NCBI GenBank assembly: GCA_033856025.1 | Contig: JAWVFQ010000030.1 | Coordinates: 4,239-68,238, forward strand | Length of the DNA stretch: 64,000 nucleotides | From: Solirubrobacteraceae bacterium | Lineage (GTDB): Bacteria > Actinomycetota > Thermoleophilia > Solirubrobacterales > Solirubrobacteraceae | Direction: 5' to 3' | Shown: positions 54,514-61,920 of the stretch, piece by piece | Layout: every line of letters begins with the position of its first letter | How positions within the stretch are numbered: position 1 is the stretch's first letter | Made by a program: the position numbers and the translations under genes | Notes under the pieces: model-generated | Databases searched by the model: none | What the model was told of the DNA's origin: nothing | Seen by the model: only the letters and a program-made list of their open reading frames with translations

Positions 54514-55344
54514 TCACGCATCCCGCATGCGCCAGTACCGATCCAGGCCCAGGTACTGGAGCGCGGGCGGGCAGGCCTGGAGGAAGGCGTCGGACTCGGG
54601 GTCCGCCTGCATCTCGGCGCGGGTGCGGGCCTCGAACTCGTCGGCGTCGAGCTCGCGGGCCAGCGTGCCCCAGTGCGTGAGGGCGTCGCGCATCGCGGCC
54701 AGGTGCTCGAAGGGGCGCTCGACGCCCCCGAAGTGCGTCAGGCCGAGCGACTCGGGGCGCCAGGCGGCGATCCTCGACAGCGACTCGTTCCAGGCCTCGA
54801 GGTCGATGTCCGGCGGGGGGGTCGGCGGGACGATCGCGCCGCCGGGGACGATCTGCACCCCGGCCATGTCGCCGACCAGCGCGAGGCCGCTCGGCTCGTG
54901 CAGGTAGCAGACGTGGTGCGAGGCGTGGCCGGGCGTGTACTCCACCTGGAAGCCCTCCACCGCCTCGCCGCCGGACAGCGCGCGGACGTTGCGCTCGGGG
55001 ACCGGCACGACCTCGCCCCACAGGCGCGCCATGTCCTCGCCGTACAGTCGCCCGGCGCTGTCGAGCAGGCGCGACGGGTCGACGAGGTGGGGCGCGCCGC
55101 GCTCGTGGACGTAGACCGGGAGGTCGGGCCAGCGGCGCACCATCGCGCCGGTCGCGCCGGCGTGGTCGAGGTGGATGTGGGTGAGCAGCAGCGCCCGCGG
55201 CGCCTCGCCGCCGAGCTCCTCCAGCAGGTGGTCCAGCGAGGACTCCGGCCCGGGATCGATCAGCACGTCGCCCACCTGCCAGCAGCAGATCACGCGCTCG
55301 CGGCCCAGATGGCGGACGTCGATGGGTCGGGCCGGTGGCATCAC
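54514..55344 (-). CDS. MBL-fold metallo-hydrolase
   Basis: Motifs THIHLDHAG and YTPGHASHH. An ATG one codon downstream (55341) is an alternative start. Confidence 0.85.
   Translation of the reverse strand: MMPPARPIDVRHLGRERVICCWQVGDVLIDPGPESSLDHLLEELGGEAPRALLLTHIHLDHAGATGAMVRRWPDLPVYVHERGAPHLVDPSRLLDSAGRLYGEDMARLWGEVVPVPERNVRALSGGEAVEGFQVEYTPGHASHHVCYLHEPSGLALVGDMAGVQIVPGGAIVPPTPPPDIDLEAWNESLSRIAAWRPESLGLTHFGGVERPFEHLAAMRDALTHWGTLARELDADEFEARTRAEMQADPESDAFLQACPPALQYLGLDRYWRMRDA
54524..54551. repeat. right copy of the 28-bp direct repeat (inside the 3-prime end of the MBL-fold gene)
   Basis: Read directly from the sequence. On the minus strand it encodes ..GLDRYWRMR of the MBL protein. Confidence 0.9.
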
Positions 55345-55368
55345 CCGGAACTCCTACCATGGCGCGCC

Positions 55369-56118
55369 GTGGACCTCGGCCTCCAGCTACCCACCCACTT
55401 CCTGGGCCAGGACGGGCAGCGGGCCGGGTTCCTGCTCCTCGCGGGCTTCCTGACGTCGTGGCTGTTCATCCGCACGAGCGCGCGGATGATCCGCGCCCAG
55501 GTGTCCTGGTGGCCCGGGAACGTGGAGACCAAGGGCGGCCTGCACATCCACCACCTGGTGTGGGGGATCCTCCTGCTGCTGGTCACCGGGTTCCTCGGCT
55601 TCGCGCTCCAGCCGCCGAGCCCGTGGATGGAGGTCCTGGCCGCGCTGTTCGGCGTGGGGATGGGGCTCACGCTCGACGAGTTCGCCCTGTGGCTGCACCT
55701 CCAGGACGTCTACTGGAGCGACGAGGGCCGCTCGTCGGTCGACGCCGTGGTCGTGGCGCTCGTGCTGGGCGGCCTGGTGGTGGCGGGCGCCGCGCCCTGG
55801 GAGGTCGACGACGCCGGCGGGTCGGTCGCGGCGATCGCCGGCGCCGTGGCGATCGCGCTCTTCTACTGCACGCTGGCGATCCTCAAGGGCAAGCGCTGGC
55901 TGGGCCTGTTCGGCCTCTTCGTCCCCTTCATCGCCCTGGTCGGGGCGATCCGCCTGGCCCAGCCCCACTCGCCCTGGGCGCGGCGGTTCTACCCGCCGGG
56001 ATCGCGCAAGCTGGAGCGCTCGCAGGCCCGCTGGCGCCGGGTGGAGTCCCGCCGCCACCGGGCGCTCAACGCGGTGGCCGGCGCGCCATCCAAGCCGGAT
56101 CCTCAGGGCCCCCAATAG
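55369..56118 (+). CDS. hypothetical integral membrane protein
   Basis: This frame gives convincing TM helices (FLLLAGFLTSWLF, HHLVWGILLLLVTGFLGFAL..). The GTG start at 55369 is tentative. Confidence 0.6.
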   Translation: MDLGLQLPTHFLGQDGQRAGFLLLAGFLTSWLFIRTSARMIRAQVSWWPGNVETKGGLHIHHLVWGILLLLVTGFLGFALQPPSPWMEVLAALFGVGMGLTLDEFALWLHLQDVYWSDEGRSSVDAVVVALVLGGLVVAGAAPWEVDDAGGSVAAIAGAVAIALFYCTLAILKGKRWLGLFGLFVPFIALVGAIRLAQPHSPWARRFYPPGSRKLERSQARWRRVESRRHRALNAVAGAPSKPDPQGPQ

Positions 56119-56130
56119 AATCCGGGGGCG

Positions 56131-58119
56131 ATGAGCGAGCATCGCCTCACCGAGCCGGACCGCCCGTGGATGATGCGCACGTACGCCGGGCACTCCTCGG
56201 CGAAGGCGTCGAACGAGCTCTACCGGCGCAACCTGGCCAAGGGCCAGACCGGCCTGTCCGTCGCCTTCGACCTGCCCACGCAGACGGGCTACGACGCCGA
56301 CCACGAGCTGGCGCGCGGCGAGGTGGGGAAGGTCGGCGTGGCCATCGCACACAAGGGCGACATGCACGCGCTCCTGGACGGCATCCCGCTGGACGAGATG
56401 AACACGTCCATGACGATCAACGCCACGGCGGCCTGGCTGCTGGCGCTCTACGTCGCCACGGCGCAGGACAACGGCGTGGACGAGGCCAAGCTCTCCGGCA
56501 CCACCCAGAACGACATCCTCAAGGAGTACCTCTCCCGCGGCACCTACGCCTTCCCGCCCGGCCCGTCGATGCGGCTGATCGCCGACATCGTCGCCTACAC
56601 GGTCGAGCACGTCCCGCGCTGGAACCCCATCAACGTCTGCTCCTACCACCTCCAGGAGGCGGGCGCGACTCCGGTGCAGGAGATCGCCTTCTCCATGGCC
56701 AACGCCATCGCGGTCCTGGACGCGGTCCGCGAGCGCGTCGACGAGGCGCTCATGCCGCAGGTCTTCGGTCGCATCTCGTTCTTCGTCAACGCCGGCGTGC
56801 GCTTCGTGGAGGAGCACGCGAAGCTGCGGGCGATGTCCCTGCTGTGGGACGAGCTGGGGCGCGAGCGCTACGGCGTGGAGGACCCCAAGCTGCGGCGCTT
56901 CCGCTACGGCGTGCAGGTCAACTCGCTGGGGTTGACCGAGGCGCAACCGGAGAACAACGTCCAGCGCATCGTGCTGGAGGCGCTGGCCGTGACGCTGGGG
57001 CGCTCGGCCCGGGCGCGGGCCATCCAGCTTCCGGCCTGGAACGAGGCGCTGGGCCTGCCGCGCCCCTGGGACCAGCAGTGGTCGCTGCGCATCCAGCAGG
57101 TCCTGGCCTTCGAGACCGACCTGCTCGAGTACCCCGACGTGTTCGAGGGCTCCAAGGTGATGGAGGGGCTGGTCGAGGAGCTCGTCTCCGGCGCGCGGAC
57201 CGAGATGGAGCGGGTGGCCGAGCGAGGCGGCGCCGTGGAGGCCGTGGGCTACATGAAGTCCGAGCTGGTGACGTCGCACCGCGAGCGCGTTCGCCGCATC
57301 GAGGCCGGCGAGCAGGTCGTGGTGGGGATCAACCGCTTCGCCGAGACCGAGGAGTCGCCGCTGACCGCCGACGCCGAGGGCGGGATCCTCGTCGTCGACC
57401 CGGAGGTGGAAGCCCAGCAGATCGCGGCGCTGGAGGAGTGGCGCGCGTCGCGGGACTCCGCCGCCGTCGAGACGGCCCTGGACGAGCTGCGCCGGGTAGC
57501 GGCGGACGACTCGCAGAACATCATGCCCGCCTCGATCGCCGCCGCCCACGCGGGCGCCACCACGGGCGAGTGGGCCCAGGCGCTGCGCGACTCCTTCGGC
57601 GACTACCGCGCGCCCACCGGCGTCGGCGACGCGGTGGCCGGGGGCGCCAGCGCGGAGCTGGAGTCGCTGCGCGTGGAGGTCGACCGCGTGTCCGACGCCC
57701 TGGGCCGGCGGCTGAAGGTCCTCGTCGGCAAGCCGGGGCTGGACGGGCACTCCAACGGCGCCGAGCAGATCGCCGTGCGCGCGCGCGACGCCGGGATGGA
57801 GGTCGTCTACGAGGGGATCCGCCTCACCCCGTCGCAGATCGCCAAGTCGGCGTCGGACGAGGGAGTCCACGTGATCGGGCTGTCCATTTTGAGTGGCTCG
57901 CACCGCGAGCTGATCCCGTCCGTGATCGAGGCCCTGCGCGACGCCGGCGTGGACGCGCCCGTCGTCGTCGGCGGGATCATCCCCGAGGCCGACGCCGCCG
58001 CGTTGCGCGAGGCCGGCGTGGCCGCCGTCTACACCCCCAAGGACTTCGACCTCAACCGCATCATGCGCGACATCGTCACGCTCGTGGCCGAGCACCACGG
58101 CCTCGCCGCGGCCGCGTGA
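56131..58119 (+). CDS. B12-dependent acyl-CoA mutase, single-chain (methylmalonyl-CoA mutase family; MeaA/ethylmalonyl-CoA-mutase-like)
   Basis: 662 aa. N-terminal RPWMMRTYAGHSSAKASN..GQTGLSVAFDLPTQ, and a C-terminal B12 domain with DGHSNG (DxHxxG). From memory, the AGHS variant is Ecm-type rather than Mcm-type. Confidence 0.8.
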   Translation: MSEHRLTEPDRPWMMRTYAGHSSAKASNELYRRNLAKGQTGLSVAFDLPTQTGYDADHELARGEVGKVGVAIAHKGDMHALLDGIPLDEMNTSMTINATAAWLLALYVATAQDNGVDEAKLSGTTQNDILKEYLSRGTYAFPPGPSMRLIADIVAYTVEHVPRWNPINVCSYHLQEAGATPVQEIAFSMANAIAVLDAVRERVDEALMPQVFGRISFFVNAGVRFVEEHAKLRAMSLLWDELGRERYGVEDPKLRRFRYGVQVNSLGLTEAQPENNVQRIVLEALAVTLGRSARARAIQLPAWNEALGLPRPWDQQWSLRIQQVLAFETDLLEYPDVFEGSKVMEGLVEELVSGARTEMERVAERGGAVEAVGYMKSELVTSHRERVRRIEAGEQVVVGINRFAETEESPLTADAEGGILVVDPEVEAQQIAALEEWRASRDSAAVETALDELRRVAADDSQNIMPASIAAAHAGATTGEWAQALRDSFGDYRAPTGVGDAVAGGASAELESLRVEVDRVSDALGRRLKVLVGKPGLDGHSNGAEQIAVRARDAGMEVVYEGIRLTPSQIAKSASDEGVHVIGLSILSGSHRELIPSVIEALRDAGVDAPVVVGGIIPEADAAALREAGVAAVYTPKDFDLNRIMRDIVTLVAEHHGLAAAA

Positions 58120-59225
58120 TTCGCCGCGAACCGGGCGCCTCTCCCGGCCGGGGGGACGGCGGCGATGAGGGGGTCGGCTTGGGCGGCGGTGTCTCTCCCG
58201 GCCGGGGGAACGGCGGCGATGAGGGGGTCGGCTTGGGCGGCGGTGGCGTGTCTCCCGGTGGGCTTTCCGGCGCGGAGCTTGGGCGGCGGCTTCGGGAGCG
58301 GGATCTGTCGGCCGCTCCGGCGGCTTTGAATTTGGTCGAGGCGCGGCGGCCGGGGGGGCCGGAGGAGGTGGCGGCGCTGCTGCGGGAGGTGTCTCCGGCC
58401 GCTCTGGGCGGCGAGGCGCCGGCGCACGTGGTCGGGATCACGGGCCCGCCGGGCGTGGGGAAGTCGTCGCTGCTGTCCGAGCTCGTCCGGGCGTGGCGGG
58501 CGGACGGGCGCAGCGTGGCCGTCCTGGCCGTGGACCCGACCTCGCGGCGCTCGGGCGGCGCGCTGCTCGGCGACCGCGCCCGCATCGTGGTGGACCCCAC
58601 GGACCGCGCGGTCTTCATCCGCTCCACCGCCGCCGGGGACACCCTGGGCGGGCTGGCCGCCTCGACGCGCGCCGCGGCGCAGGCGCTGGCCGCCGCCTTC
58701 GACGTCGTGGTGATCGAGACCGTCGGCGTCGGGCAGTCCGAGACCGACGTGGCCGACGCCGCCGACACCGTCGCCGTCGTCGTGCAGCCGGGGTCGGGCG
58801 ACGTGCTCCAGTTCCTCAAGGCGGGCATCATGGAGATCCCCGACGTGCTCGTCGTGACCAAGGCCGACCTGGGAAACATCGCGGAGTCCGCGGTGCGCGA
58901 CCTGCGCAGCGCCGTCGGCGCGCTGGGCGCGGGCGACGTCGCGGTCCTTCCCGTCTCCTCGCTCTCCCCGCCCCGGGGGATCGGCGAGCTCGTGGCCGCG
59001 CTGGACGAGCACCGCGCGGCCGCCGACGTCCCCGCCCGGCGCCTGCGCGCCCGCCGCCGCCACGCGCTGGCCGACTTCGCCGCCGAGCACGGAGAGCGAG
59101 GACTGCGCGCCCTCGGCGGCCGCCGCGAGGCCGAGCGCCATCTCGAGACGCTCGACCCGGGCCTCGACGTCCCCGCCCTCCGCGCCGCCCTGGAAGAGCA
59201 ATTGACGTCGCCCGAGCGACGTTGA
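58116..59225 (+). CDS. meaB: methylmalonyl-CoA-mutase-associated G-protein chaperone MeaB/ArgK
   Basis: Motifs GITGPPGVGKSSL (P-loop), ETVGVGQSE and VVTKADL. GTG at 58116 overlaps the mutase stop as GTGA. An alternative GTG at 58249 would place the tandem repeat outside the CDS. Confidence 0.85.
   Translation: MIRREPGASPGRGDGGDEGVGLGGGVSPGRGNGGDEGVGLGGGGVSPGGLSGAELGRRLRERDLSAAPAALNLVEARRPGGPEEVAALLREVSPAALGGEAPAHVVGITGPPGVGKSSLLSELVRAWRADGRSVAVLAVDPTSRRSGGALLGDRARIVVDPTDRAVFIRSTAAGDTLGGLAASTRAAAQALAAAFDVVVIETVGVGQSETDVADAADTVAVVVQPGSGDVLQFLKAGIMEIPDVLVVTKADLGNIAESAVRDLRSAVGALGAGDVAVLPVSSLSPPRGIGELVAALDEHRAAADVPARRLRARRRHALADFAAEHGERGLRALGGRREAERHLETLDPGLDVPALRAALEEQLTSPERR
58139..58258 (+). 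repeat. tandem repeat, about 54-nt period, 2.2 copies
   Basis: 52-nt units at 58140-58191 and 58194-58245 differ at one base (G/A). A third partial unit starts at 58251. In the meaB frame this encodes SPGRG(D/N)GGDEGVGLGGG(G)V. Confidence 0.85.
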
Positions 59226-59250
59226 CTACCTATATGGGCGCTAACGTCGC
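59205..59250 (+). other. three-arm mutually exclusive hairpin set at the meaB 3-prime end
   Basis: ACGTCGC (59205-59211), GCGACGT(T) (59216-59223) and AACGTCGC (59243-59250). The middle arm can pair with either outer arm. Confidence 0.4.
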
Positions 59251-59274
59251 ACCACCCTCTCGGCAGGTCGGCGG

Positions 59275-59436
59275 ATGACGGGGTTCGCCGGGGATCTGGC
59301 CATCGTCGTCGGCGCTTTTGCCGTGGTCACGGCGGCGGCCGCGCTGGTGGGCGCGGCCAACTTCGGCACCGCGCTGGCCTTCGGGCAGATGGGGTTCGGG
59401 GCGGCGCTGATCTACGTCCTGCTGCGGCGTCCGTGA
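59275..59436 (+). CDS. 53-aa hydrophobic micro-protein (two predicted TM helices), not in ORF track
   Basis: Own translation: MTGFAGDLAIVVGAFAVVTAAAALVGAANFGTALAFGQMGFGAALIYVLLRRP. Its TGA overlaps the next gene's GTG as GTGA. Confidence 0.5.
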   Translation: MTGFAGDLAIVVGAFAVVTAAAALVGAANFGTALAFGQMGFGAALIYVLLRRP

Positions 59437-60116
59437 GCACCCCGCCCCCGCCCGCCGGCTGGTACGCCGACCCGCAGGCGCCGGGGCGCTGGCGCTGGTG
59501 GGACGGCGCGCGCTGGACCGACGACGTTTCGACCCCCGCGGTCCCCGGCGCCCTCACCGCCGCCGACTACCTCGTGATCCGCGCCCACGCCGGCCTGGGC
59601 AACTGGCACGCCACGATCCACGACCGCTCCCTGGCCCAGGTGGGCGCGGTGCGGCAGACGGGCATGGACCTGAAGGTCCTCGACTCGGCCGGGGCGCTCG
59701 TGCTGGACGCGGACGGCGGCGCCGTCGCGTTCGGCGGCGCCGGTCGCAGCTGGACCGTCCGCGACGCCGCCGGGGCCCAGCTCGGCGACCTCGCAGTGAC
59801 GGGCTACATGAACCGTCGCATCACGCTCACGCTGCGCGACACGAGCGGCCAGACCGCCGGCGTCCTCGCCCCCATCGGCAAGGTCGACCGCGACTTCTCC
59901 GTCACCGACGCGGCGGGGAAGGGCGTGGCCCGGGTCTGGCGCGCCGAGCGCGACCGCGCGCTGCTGCGCGAGGACGAGACGTGGGCGGCGCAGATCGCCC
60001 GCCCGCTGCCCCCGCCGCTGGACTCGCTCGCCCTCGTGGCGGTGTGCACGCTGGACGCGATCCAGCACGTGGTCGTGAACGCCAGCCACTCGTCCTCCCA
60101 CTCCGCCTTCGAGTGA
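59433..60116 (+). CDS. DUF2510-type N-terminal motif protein with beta-rich C-terminal domain
   Basis: GWYADPQAPGRWRWWDGARWTDD motif. The C-terminal roughly 170 aa is beta-rich, possibly LURP/scramblase-like. Confidence 0.65.
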   Translation: MSTPPPPAGWYADPQAPGRWRWWDGARWTDDVSTPAVPGALTAADYLVIRAHAGLGNWHATIHDRSLAQVGAVRQTGMDLKVLDSAGALVLDADGGAVAFGGAGRSWTVRDAAGAQLGDLAVTGYMNRRITLTLRDTSGQTAGVLAPIGKVDRDFSVTDAAGKGVARVWRAERDRALLREDETWAAQIARPLPPPLDSLALVAVCTLDAIQHVVVNASHSSSHSAFE

Positions 60117-61492
60117 CCACACTCACACAGCCGCCCCCGGGCGCGCGGGGAACATCGGGGCGAGGGAGAGTGCCGAGCCAGCTGCCACCCGGGCCGCGCC
60201 ATCCGATGCCGATCCAGAGCATGGGCTGGTGGTCGCGCCCGATCGCCTACCTGGAGCGGGCCCGCGCGCGCTACGGCAAGACGTTCACGGCCCGCCTGTT
60301 CGGCACGCCGCCGTTCGTCATGCACTCGGATCCCGACACGATCCGCGAGATCTTCACCGCGCCGCCCGACGTCCTGCACCCCGGCGAGGGCGCCCGCATC
60401 CTCGAGCCGGTGGTCGGCCCCCACTCGCTGATCCTGCTCGACGAGAAGCCGCACCTCGAGCAGCGCAAGCTGATGCTCCCCGCCTTCCACGGCGAGCGCA
60501 TGGAGGCGCTGACCGGCCTGGTGGAGAGCGTCACGGAGGAGGAGGTCGCGCGCTGGCCGTCCGGCGAGACGATCGCGCTGCATCCGCGCCTCCAGGCGTT
60601 GACGCTGGACATCATCCTGCGCGCCGTGTTCGGGCTCCAGGAGGGCGAGCGCCTGGAGGCGCTGCGCCGCAACCTGACGCACATGCTCGAGTTCGGCGGG
60701 CGCCCGCTCTCGCTGATGCCCCAGCTGCTCGCCGGGCTCCAGCACCTCGGTCCGTGGCGCGAGTTCGCCACGCTGAAGACCGAGACCGACGCCCTGCTGC
60801 GCGAGGTCGTCGACGAGCGCCGGGCGGCGGGCGCCCCGGACGGCGACGACGTGCTGTCGATGCTCCTGTCGGCCCGCCACGATGACGGCTCGCCGATGAC
60901 GCACGAGGAGCTGCGCGACGAGCTCATGACCCTCCTGGTGGCCGGGCACGAGACGACGGCGTCCCAGCTGGCCTGGACGTTCGAGCGCCTGGCCCGCGAG
61001 CCCCGCGTGCTGGAGCGCCTCCAGGAGGAGGTCGACGCGGGCGACGACGCGTACCTCGTGGCCACGCTCCAGGAGTCGATGCGCCGGCGCCCCGTGCTGC
61101 CCAACGCCGAGCCGCGCCTGACCACACGCGAGGTGGAGATCGGCGGCTGGACGTACCCGAAGGGCGTGTGCCTCGTGGCCAACGCCTACCTGGTCCACCA
61201 CGATCCCGAGATCTACGAGGACCCCTACGCCTTCCGCCCCGAGCGCTTCCTGGACGAGGCGCCCGGCACCTACACCTGGCTGCCCTTCGGCGGCGGCCGG
61301 CGCCGCTGCATCGGCGCGTCGTTCGCCATGCTGGAGATGCGGATCGTCCTGCGCGCCGTGCTGCTCCGCGGCGGGATCGAGACGGCTAACTCGCCGGCCG
61401 AGCCGGCCCGCCGGCGCTCGATCACGATCAGCCCGGGCGAGGGCGCGCGCACGCGCCTGCGCGCTCCCGCGCGCCAGCCCGTCGCCGCCTAG
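60113..61492 (+). CDS. cytochrome P450
   Basis: Motifs FGGGRRRCIGASFA (heme Cys), AGHETTA (I-helix) and ESMRR (ExxR). I chose the GTG at 60113 to keep the N-terminal LPPGP; it overlaps the upstream stop as GTGA. Confidence 0.88.
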   Translation: MTTLTQPPPGARGTSGRGRVPSQLPPGPRHPMPIQSMGWWSRPIAYLERARARYGKTFTARLFGTPPFVMHSDPDTIREIFTAPPDVLHPGEGARILEPVVGPHSLILLDEKPHLEQRKLMLPAFHGERMEALTGLVESVTEEEVARWPSGETIALHPRLQALTLDIILRAVFGLQEGERLEALRRNLTHMLEFGGRPLSLMPQLLAGLQHLGPWREFATLKTETDALLREVVDERRAAGAPDGDDVLSMLLSARHDDGSPMTHEELRDELMTLLVAGHETTASQLAWTFERLAREPRVLERLQEEVDAGDDAYLVATLQESMRRRPVLPNAEPRLTTREVEIGGWTYPKGVCLVANAYLVHHDPEIYEDPYAFRPERFLDEAPGTYTWLPFGGGRRRCIGASFAMLEMRIVLRAVLLRGGIETANSPAEPARRRSITISPGEGARTRLRAPARQPVAA

Positions 61493-61502
61493 CCTGGTCC
61501 TG

Positions 61503-61883
61503 TCAGAGCGGCTGCCGTCCCCCGTAGCCGGAGTCGAGGTCGTGCCAGTGGGCGATCCCGTCCTCCTCGGTCTCCACCCAGCACAGGTACGCCTCCTCCC
61601 CGTCCAGGACCGCGGGGAAGTCGACCAGTCCGCGCTCCAGGTCGCGCAGCACCACCTCCATCGCCTGGAGCTGCGCCGCGGCGGCGCGCAGCGCGACGAA
61701 CGCCTCGGACACCTGGCGCCCGGGCGGACCGCCCCCGTTCGTCGGCCCGGCCTCGGCCAGCGCCTCGCGCGCCTCGGCGTCGGTCAGGCGCACGCGCGCC
61801 TCGCGCATGATCGCCAGCAGGCGCGCCACGGACCCGAGCGCGTCGGTCGCCTCCTCCAGGGTGTAATGGCGCTCGTGGCGCAT
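61503..61883 (-). CDS. DUF2203 family protein
   Basis: Start set at the internal Met MRHERHYTLEEA. C-terminal GLVDFP..AYLCWVETEEDGIAHWHDLDSGYGGRQPL matches my memory of the family. Confidence 0.65.
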   Translation of the reverse strand: MRHERHYTLEEATDALGSVARLLAIMREARVRLTDAEAREALAEAGPTNGGGPPGRQVSEAFVALRAAAAQLQAMEVVLRDLERGLVDFPAVLDGEEAYLCWVETEEDGIAHWHDLDSGYGGRQPL

Positions 61884-61920
61884 GACGCGTCCTACCGTAG
61901 CCGTGTAGCGTGCGCGCGCG

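Larger units (their letters stand above)
53766..54551 (-). mobile_element. putative inserted vapBC cassette bounded by 28-bp direct repeats
   Basis: Removing one repeat unit plus the TA pair (758 bp) restores an ATGA-coupled MBL/GMC junction. No recombinase is seen nearby. Confidence 0.4.

Noticed and set aside
53736-54551. Prophage, IS element, integron or genomic island around vapBC.
   Set aside because: No integrase, transposase, inverted terminal repeats or attC-like imperfect palindromes are visible. The flanking genes are ordinary metabolic genes with the same GC and codon style. Only the 28-bp direct repeats remain as evidence of insertion.
56119-56130. Cobalamin riboswitch upstream of the B12-dependent mutase, and Moco or Mn riboswitches upstream of moaA and mntH.
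   Set aside because: The upstream gaps are only about 12-25 nt, or the genes are start/stop-coupled, so there is no room for a riboswitch. I saw no B12-box-like sequence.
58139-58258. Possible CRISPR array, or any other repeat-spacer structure in the window.
   Set aside because: The only tandem repeat is this 2.2-copy 54-nt coding-type duplication, which has no spacers. No cas genes are present and I saw no other regularly spaced repeats.
55335-59225. A 1296-aa + strand ORF spanning the membrane protein, mutase and meaB region, including a tempting ATG at 55359.
   Set aside because: Only its last roughly 370 codons (the MeaB frame from 58116) make a recognisable protein. Upstream of that, the real genes are in other frames (membrane protein 55369-56118, mutase 56131-58119).
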